52,228 nucleotides of DNA from a virus. Its lineage: Duplodnaviria; Caudoviricetes. Position 1 is the first letter of the stretch, and every line of letters starts with the position of its first letter. Of this stretch, positions 45,970 to 52,228 are shown one piece after another. Location of the stretch: the IMG/VR virus record IMGVR_UViG_3300022181_000111, positions 1 through 52,228 of that record. One strand, written 5' to 3'. The notes below the pieces were generated by a model. The model was not told the origin of the DNA and did no database searches. It saw nothing but the letters and a program-made list of their open reading frames with translations. Both the position numbers and the translations under genes were made by a program.

Positions 45970-48900
45970 ATGAAAAGGTACTTCAAATCAGGGTACAACT
46001 ATATTCAGGATATGGTCCTTGAACCGGGAACATACACCTTCTGGGCTCGCATATTAAGCAACTTCGGAGATACGTTTACATTCGCTCTGGCCAATGAGGC
46101 GGGTGAATGGGAAGTGTTCGATGTTGATGTAGAAATGGGCCAATGGAGCAAAGTATACGAGGTTTTCAATATCACTGAGAAGAAGGTAAAGTTGGACCTG
46201 ATACATAGATATTATGATTCAGAGCAACCTGTTTTCGTATTTAAGCCGCAATTAATCAAAGGCAATATCCCTACCGATGCAGGCGCAAGCCCTTACGACA
46301 TAGACCAGATTACCGATGATTTGCATGATAGTATTAATGGGATTGCTGACTTCACGAATGAAGAGTTTGCGGATCGGGTTCTAAGCGCTTCCGAGCGCAT
46401 CTCTCTCAAGCGGGATATGGAGGCCGTGGAAACAATATTCCAGAGCCTAAAAGGTAGCTATGAGAAGTTGATCATCAACCCGTTTGTGCCGGTAGCTGTT
46501 ACAACCGACCTTACTACCAAGTACAATGCTGTCACATCGGCAAAAACTGACCTGTTCAATGTTCTGAACCTGATTATAGCTGGCGATGATATCGTTTCAC
46601 CTGAAGAAATCACTGCCAAGGATGCTGCATTGGCCGCATTGAATACTGCGCTATATAACTATAATCAGGTCGAAAAAGAGATACAAAACGCACTTGGTGC
46701 TGACTACACACAAAAAATCAGCGCAATAAGGGATTTTACTGATGAAGAGTTCGCGGATAGATATTTGAGCGAGACAGAGAAGATCTCACTCTCACATGAT
46801 CTGGATAGCGTTCAGACGCTTGTTGACAGCGTTACAAGCCGGTTCAATGAGATGCTGCTAAATCCTTTTCTCACGGAAGCAGATCGCAACTTATTGATTG
46901 AAAAATACAATGCTTTGCTCGATGCCTGGGATTGGGACGAATCTATTGATCCTGCAAAACAGAACGGCCTGAAAACAGTAATATTGAATATCATCAATGA
47001 TCCGGATAACATCATCGACCCTGTCGAGATGGCTGAGAAGGATCTCGCACTATCAGCTTTCAACATCGCACTGGGAGAGTTCAGCCAGACAGAAGTTTAC
47101 ATTTCGAAAATTACAATTGATTATGCAATTGAGCAGGCAACATTTTGGAGCCTGAACGCAACTTCGCCTGTCATCTACAAAGATTCGAAGGATGCGGTAA
47201 CAGATGGCCACCACATGCCCATTACGGTCAAAGGACAGCTTCACAGAGGCACGCAGATACAGGATGGAGGGTTTATCACCGTTACGGCTGATGATGCAGC
47301 AGAGGCGGCAGAAGCGACTGCAAGCCCGGTATTGATCGAGCCGGCTGATAGCGACGATAAGTCATTGTATACTATAAGGCTGTACGATTCAGCAGCGAAA
47401 ACGATTCTGCTCGATACGATGACTATTCCAGTTGTTTTTCGGGGTAATAATGGCAAGGATGCGATCAATGTAACGTTGAGCAATGAGATTGATTCAGTGC
47501 CCGCAAGCAATGAGGGGGTTGTCTCATCATACGACAATACCGGCACTGACATTCGTGTTTTCGAGGGAGCCACAGAATTAACCTACGATGGAGTGGGTAC
47601 GTCACCCGGCACATACAAGGTCACTTCCTTGGGGATTGACTTGACCGTTGGCCAGATCAGTTCACCGACTGCTGGAATACTGAAATGTGTTGTCGGGAAT
47701 ATCTCAAATCTCATAACTGATAAAGGTATCACCCAGTTCACCATCACGGGGAAGACATTGGGTAATGAATCATTCAGCGAGGTAAAAGAACAGCGCATTA
47801 CCAAGGGGAAAATGGGCGCGCCTGGCGATCAGGGAGAACCCGGTGCTGGGATATTAAGTGTAGTTGACTGGTATGCTATCAGTACGGACGGAATTAATCC
47901 TCCCGGTACCGGATGGCATACAACTCTACCCGCAAAGCCAGCCAATTACTATCTGTGGAATTACGAGGTGATAACCTACACGGACGGGAGAACCCCCACA
48001 CAGACACAGAAACGGGTAATACAGGGCAAGGACGCACGAAGCATTTACGACATTAAAAATGCCTATGCTTATTCGGAGAGCGATACTGTTTCGCCAACTG
48101 GCGGATGGCAATATTCTATAGCCGCATTGGGCACTAAGCCGACTGGGTACTTCTTATGGGTCAGGGATGATATTGCCTATACGGACAATCCGTCAAACTA
48201 TATAGGTACAGGATCACGTGTGGTTCGGGACGGCGAACCGGGATTACCCGGCGAGGACGGCGACGGAATAACAGGCACAACAATTGAATACAGTAAGAGT
48301 TCAAGCGGCACAATACCACCTGACGGATGGTCTACCTCACTTCCAACCCCAACGATGGGTTGGTATCTCTGGACGAGAATAACCACAACATATAAGATAG
48401 CAGCTTCGACTGTCGCTTATTCGGTATCGAGGTGGCCAAATGATGGTGAACCCGGCTCTAACGGCAAAGGCGTATCATCGGTTGTCATCTGGTATTACAA
48501 ATCATCATCAGCAACGACACAAACAGGAGGGTCATGGAGTACAACAAAGCCAGACTATTCTGCATCATTTTTCCTTTGGACGAAGGTGATCACTACCTAT
48601 ACCGACAATTCCACTACTGAGACAACGCCAATACTCGATCCAGACTGGCACAAAGTGATGGCAATAACTGATAAGTTCGGGACAACTACAGAGGGTGGGC
48701 TGATACAGACTGTCATGATGTTGTTGAGGGAATTGAACAGCACTAAGGAGACGGCAGGGATAAGCGGAATACAGGGAGCGCTGAAAAATAATCCTGCATT
48801 CTGGTCAGGGGGAACCCACGAACAGGCACTCGCACTCATTGAGTTCCTGTCTAAGATGTCGTCAGGAGCCAATCCATCGGCAGGAGAGTACGCAGGTCTC

Positions 48901-49878
48901 GCTAAGATTACGATGTTGCACAATGGTGCAGCGAAAGTAGGAGACTTCATAATCGAGTCTACCGGGCGAATTGTGATGGTAGATCCGGTAACCGGTGCAG
49001 CACGCCTCGTCTTCGGCGTTGAAAATATTCCCACTATTGCAGCGCTTCTCAGCACTACTGTTTACGGCGAAACAATTACAATAGGCAGCGGTACAACGAC
49101 TACAAGCACCTCTCTGACAGGAAGTACAAACGTTACTCAGGACGGATCCAAGATGTCATTTGGCGGTGTGAATATAAGCATCACGGCTACCGGAAAAATG
49201 CAGTCCAATGGAGTATCCTCGTGGGCAGCTGCTATACTGTACGCACTTAGGGACGGTGTGCAGTCTATAGCCCTCGCCAGATCAGAGATAATATTCTATG
49301 ATGATGTAATGACTCAGTATGTTATGCCAACGTGGAACAGGTCTTATAATATATCATCAATCCCGTCGGGCACATATACTTTCGAGCTTGTAATTGAAAC
49401 TTATGGAGATGTGACAGGAGCAAGCGCAAGCGTTGATTCATCCTCATTTGCATGGGACTTCGTGCAGGCGAATGTACGCCGTCAGCAGTACGGGCTTGAC
49501 GGCATGATGTTCTTCTATTCTGACCGGCACTTCCATTATACCGAAGGAGCCGGACTGGATCTAAGAGGGCCGACGGATATGCCGGGAAAATTGCTTTCTG
49601 GAAGCGTCGGACTAAATGGTGGCTTTAATGTGATTTGGGGCGCAAAAAAACATGCATCATTAAACGCTGTTAGAAATGCTTTGGGACAATATACTGTATA
49701 CCACTCAATCGGGCACTCCGATTATAGCGTGCAGATAACACCCGAAACGAGCGGACGTGCATTTTATGTGCCATCGGCCAATAAGGGGAATTCGAGTTTC
49801 GTCGTTTATTTTACAAATTTAAGTGGATCTGCAGCTGATGCTGCATTTTCGTTTGAAATTAGCGGCAGCAATTATTAA
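45970..49878 (+). CDS. Large tail/host-specificity protein
   Basis: N-terminal partial CBM-like domain, duplicated helical unit, four YLW/FLW repeats with collagen-like linkers, C-terminal fibre-tip-like domain. Confidence 0.75.
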   Translation: MKRYFKSGYNYIQDMVLEPGTYTFWARILSNFGDTFTFALANEAGEWEVFDVDVEMGQWSKVYEVFNITEKKVKLDLIHRYYDSEQPVFVFKPQLIKGNIPTDAGASPYDIDQITDDLHDSINGIADFTNEEFADRVLSASERISLKRDMEAVETIFQSLKGSYEKLIINPFVPVAVTTDLTTKYNAVTSAKTDLFNVLNLIIAGDDIVSPEEITAKDAALAALNTALYNYNQVEKEIQNALGADYTQKISAIRDFTDEEFADRYLSETEKISLSHDLDSVQTLVDSVTSRFNEMLLNPFLTEADRNLLIEKYNALLDAWDWDESIDPAKQNGLKTVILNIINDPDNIIDPVEMAEKDLALSAFNIALGEFSQTEVYISKITIDYAIEQATFWSLNATSPVIYKDSKDAVTDGHHMPITVKGQLHRGTQIQDGGFITVTADDAAEAAEATASPVLIEPADSDDKSLYTIRLYDSAAKTILLDTMTIPVVFRGNNGKDAINVTLSNEIDSVPASNEGVVSSYDNTGTDIRVFEGATELTYDGVGTSPGTYKVTSLGIDLTVGQISSPTAGILKCVVGNISNLITDKGITQFTITGKTLGNESFSEVKEQRITKGKMGAPGDQGEPGAGILSVVDWYAISTDGINPPGTGWHTTLPAKPANYYLWNYEVITYTDGRTPTQTQKRVIQGKDARSIYDIKNAYAYSESDTVSPTGGWQYSIAALGTKPTGYFLWVRDDIAYTDNPSNYIGTGSRVVRDGEPGLPGEDGDGITGTTIEYSKSSSGTIPPDGWSTSLPTPTMGWYLWTRITTTYKIAASTVAYSVSRWPNDGEPGSNGKGVSSVVIWYYKSSSATTQTGGSWSTTKPDYSASFFLWTKVITTYTDNSTTETTPILDPDWHKVMAITDKFGTTTEGGLIQTVMMLLRELNSTKETAGISGIQGALKNNPAFWSGGTHEQALALIEFLSKMSSGANPSAGEYAGLAKITMLHNGAAKVGDFIIESTGRIVMVDPVTGAARLVFGVENIPTIAALLSTTVYGETITIGSGTTTTSTSLTGSTNVTQDGSKMSFGGVNISITATGKMQSNGVSSWAAAILYALRDGVQSIALARSEIIFYDDVMTQYVMPTWNRSYNISSIPSGTYTFELVIETYGDVTGASASVDSSSFAWDFVQANVRRQQYGLDGMMFFYSDRHFHYTEGAGLDLRGPTDMPGKLLSGSVGLNGGFNVIWGAKKHASLNAVRNALGQYTVYHSIGHSDYSVQITPETSGRAFYVPSANKGNSSFVVYFTNLSGSAADAAFSFEISGSNY

Positions 49879-49880
49879 AA

Positions 49881-49906
49881 AATCCCGCAACGGCGGTTAC
49901 GGGATT
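49881..49906. terminator. Hairpin between convergent genes (probable terminator)
   Basis: AATCCCGCAAC-GGCG-GTTACGGGATT preceded by an A tract. Confidence 0.6.
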
Positions 49907-49929
49907 CTATATATTTTTTTTAAAAAATT

Positions 49930-50463
49930 CTATTGATTTGGATAAGGCAGGAATACAAAAGCAGTGTCAAACAACCGGTAACATTCGGTGTAGTTCTCAC
50001 TGTTAAATGCAGCCTCTATCAACGGGCGGGCGTTATTGATGACCTCATCAGGGACATAAGCGATCGTATCATTATTAACGTCGGTAATTACTACATCAGT
50101 GGCGTATGTCAAATCTTTGTAGTATTCGCCCTCTGATGTGATAACGTCAATTCCAAGCATTTTTAGAGATGGTGTATTAAAATCTCGCTGAGAATCCATG
50201 AAGGTACGTGCAATGTGTTTTGGGGTTTCAAAGTAGGCATTATTGGCATAATGAGAGGTCCACTTGATATTGACAGCATTTTGCACCACTTCCAAAGCGG
50301 TCAATCCGGTAACGGTTGAACGGAGCTTAACGCCGCTTGCGGGGCGAATCGTTATCATCGCATTCGGGTCAAGCTTTCCCTTCACATCGGGAACGTCCTT
50401 TTCAGGGTCGCAGCTTGCAAAAGAAACCGCAACGGCTAATAATAAAAATAGAATTTTTTTCAT
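49930..50463 (-). CDS. Lipoprotein moron
   Basis: Lipobox SFASC; opposite strand; upstream TATCTTTG promoter box on the minus strand near 50490. Confidence 0.7.
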   Translation of the reverse strand: MKKILFLLLAVAVSFASCDPEKDVPDVKGKLDPNAMITIRPASGVKLRSTVTGLTALEVVQNAVNIKWTSHYANNAYFETPKHIARTFMDSQRDFNTPSLKMLGIDVITSEGEYYKDLTYATDVVITDVNNDTIAYVPDEVINNARPLIEAAFNSENYTECYRLFDTAFVFLPYPNQ

Positions 50464-50536
50464 AGCGCTAAATTTTTAATTGTTTGATACAAAGATAGTA
50501 AATTAATTTGAATGTAAATATAAATAGTGAATTATC

Positions 50537-51022
50537 ATGAAGGATTATAACGCTTTTTTCGTTGCGGCAACGGCTGCTATCGTAGCTTACTTTGATACTA
50601 CCTACACGTTTCTTGTCGCTTTGCTGATAGGATTTGCTTTCAATATCCTTGCAGGATTGAGAGCGGATGAAGTTAGGTTTTCGATGACAAGGTTCCCATA
50701 TGTGAAGTTGCTCAACTATTCAGGGCATAAATTAAAAGACAGCTTGATGGAATTATTCCTTATAACATCTACCACATACCTTTTAAAGCTGATAATAGAC
50801 TTGTTCCAATACAACAACAAGAGCGTGTACGCAGTCCAGATCCTGCTTGCGGTTGCGGTGTACTATTACTTCACCAACGCACTAAGAAACCTAACAAAGT
50901 CTTATCCTAAAAACAAGTGGCTTCATTTTTTGTACTATCTGATATCGTTCCAGTTCAGGAAGATGGTCCCTTCTGTAGTGGGCGAGGCAATGGATGAAGC
51001 GGACAAGCACGATAGAGCATGA
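50537..51022 (+). CDS. Holin-like membrane protein
   Basis: Several hydrophobic helices; precedes endolysin. Confidence 0.7.
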   Translation: MKDYNAFFVAATAAIVAYFDTTYTFLVALLIGFAFNILAGLRADEVRFSMTRFPYVKLLNYSGHKLKDSLMELFLITSTTYLLKLIIDLFQYNNKSVYAVQILLAVAVYYYFTNALRNLTKSYPKNKWLHFLYYLISFQFRKMVPSVVGEAMDEADKHDRA

Positions 51023-51606
51023 ACAGAAAGACGTTTTTCAGCGAGATAAACACGGCTCTTTTTTCCGGCCGTATCACTCAAAGCCAGGTTGACGGGATAA
51101 ACTTCAAACTGACTGCATGGGAAAAGTCCGGGTTGACTGATATCCGCTGGCTTGCCTACATGCTTGCTACTTCATATCACGAAACTGCAAGGACCATGCA
51201 GCCAATTGAGGAGTACGGGAAAGGGAAAGGTAGGCCGTACGGACAAAAATTAAGGCACGACAGGAAGCCATACATTTTCCCGGACAAGCTCTATTACGGG
51301 CGTGGAGACGTCCAGTTGACGTGGTACGAGAACTACGCCAGCATGGGTGCATTATTAAGTATCCCTTTATTGGAGCGGCCTGAATTGGCACTTGACCCCG
51401 ACGTATCCGCAAGAATCATGATAGAGGGAATGACGAGGGGAAAATCCAACAGGGGCGACTTCACAGGGGTGTCTCTGGAAAACTACTTCAATGCGGTGAA
51501 AGATGATCCGGTTCACGCCCGGAGGATCATCAACGGGCTGGACAAGGCTAACCTCATTGCGGGTTATCATAATAAATTTCTAACAGCGATAAGAAAATCA
51601 TCATGA
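51019..51606 (+). CDS. Endolysin, GH19/lysozyme-like
   Basis: AYMLATSYHETA, YYGRGDVQLTW..NY, ARRIING. Confidence 0.85.
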   Translation: MNRKTFFSEINTALFSGRITQSQVDGINFKLTAWEKSGLTDIRWLAYMLATSYHETARTMQPIEEYGKGKGRPYGQKLRHDRKPYIFPDKLYYGRGDVQLTWYENYASMGALLSIPLLERPELALDPDVSARIMIEGMTRGKSNRGDFTGVSLENYFNAVKDDPVHARRIINGLDKANLIAGYHNKFLTAIRKSS

Positions 51607-51655
51607 TAAAAAAGATACTGTTCTATATAAATTACATAATTAAGAAATACGGATT

Positions 51656-52228
51656 ATGAAAACAAAGTATTGGCTATTGCTTATTTTAATAGCTTTTATT
51701 GTTGGCTTTTTCTTAGGTAAGGATGCTATCGTAAAGCAGGAGGTTGAACATGTAAAGGGCGAAACTGTTTACGGTTCACTTAATCCTGATTTTCTAACTG
51801 TGAAGAAAGAATTCAAGGGTAATATCAAATTTCTTCCCTATATATTTTGGAAGGGAGATACAGTTAAGATAAATGAGATAGAATACATCTCGACTATTCC
51901 AGACACGGCGAAAATAGTTGAAGATTTCCTTGTGAAAAGGGAATATAAATTCACGGTGTTTGATAACGAAAATGGCAAGCTTGATGCAAGTCCAGTAGTT
52001 CAGTTTAATAGATTAAAATCATTCGATTATACATTTACTCCAATAAAAGAAGTGATCACAAAAAAGCCGATATTTGAACCTTTTCTTTCCACTTCATACA
52101 GCACGTTCGGAACAGCAGGAATTGGTGGTGGTTTTTTCTACAGGAACACGGGAGTTGAGTATAATTATCTTTTCAATACGTTCGATAGAAATTTCGGTCA
52201 TCAGCTTGGTATAAAAGTTAAATTTTGA
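51656..52228 (+). CDS. Membrane-anchored lysis accessory (spanin-like) protein
   Basis: N-terminal TM helix, C-terminal beta strands ending in F; follows endolysin. Confidence 0.5.
   Translation: MKTKYWLLLILIAFIVGFFLGKDAIVKQEVEHVKGETVYGSLNPDFLTVKKEFKGNIKFLPYIFWKGDTVKINEIEYISTIPDTAKIVEDFLVKREYKFTVFDNENGKLDASPVVQFNRLKSFDYTFTPIKEVITKKPIFEPFLSTSYSTFGTAGIGGGFFYRNTGVEYNYLFNTFDRNFGHQLGIKVKF

Larger units (their letters stand above)
1..52228. mobile_element. Temperate siphovirus-like prophage, probably of a Bacteroidota host
   Basis: Integrase, CI/Cro switch, RecT, replication, terminase, portal, capsid, tape measure, tail and lysis genes in canonical order; no tail sheath recognised. Confidence 0.95.

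Noticed and set aside
43687-49878. Diversity-generating retroelement or invertible shufflon acting on tail fibres
   Set aside because: No reverse transcriptase, no TR/VR pair differing at adenines, no invertase or inverted crossover repeats noticed in the window
4572-51606. Numerous 60-190 aa ORFs antisense or out of frame within long genes (e.g. 28204-28767, 33469-33978, 48597-49055)
   Set aside because: Fully overlap well-supported genes and show no recognisable motifs; treated as shadow ORFs
1-52228. attL/attR sites
   Set aside because: Window is trimmed to the stop codons of the terminal genes, so no flanking direct repeat can be seen

Overview
The window is an essentially complete temperate siphovirus-type prophage, most likely from a Bacteroidota host (TAnnTTTG-like promoters, Bacteroidota-type integrase and gene set). 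Gene order is integrase and immunity module (1-3.4 kb), recombination/replication (4.5-12 kb), a variable accessory region (12-20 kb), a tRNA/ncRNA cluster with HNH-GNAT-like and ParB genes (20.2-22.8 kb), packaging and head (22.8-35 kb), tail (35-49.9 kb) and lysis (50.5-52.2 kb). No att sites are visible because the window starts and ends on stop codons. Best candidates for new biology: (1) a deviant tRNA-Gly(UCC) that keeps the GlyRS identity elements and abuts an HNH/GNAT-like gene plus ParB, suggesting a Gly-tRNA-dependent DNA modification system, inside a cluster with an anticodon-less tRNA mimic and a repeated RNA motif; (2) a MuF minor head protein with a LAGLIDADG intein, an inserted GNAT-like domain and a C-terminal RelA/SpoT-like toxin plus a candidate immunity gene; (3) a tail gene apparently split mid-domain by a 3.09-kb fibre cassette that rejoins in frame at GACA; (4) a 1.44-kb near-identical duplicated cassette bounded by a recurring GGTCTC-N5-GAGAC operator/promoter; (5) an integron attC-like cassette in the accessory region. 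All protein calls come from motif recognition and synteny, not database searches.
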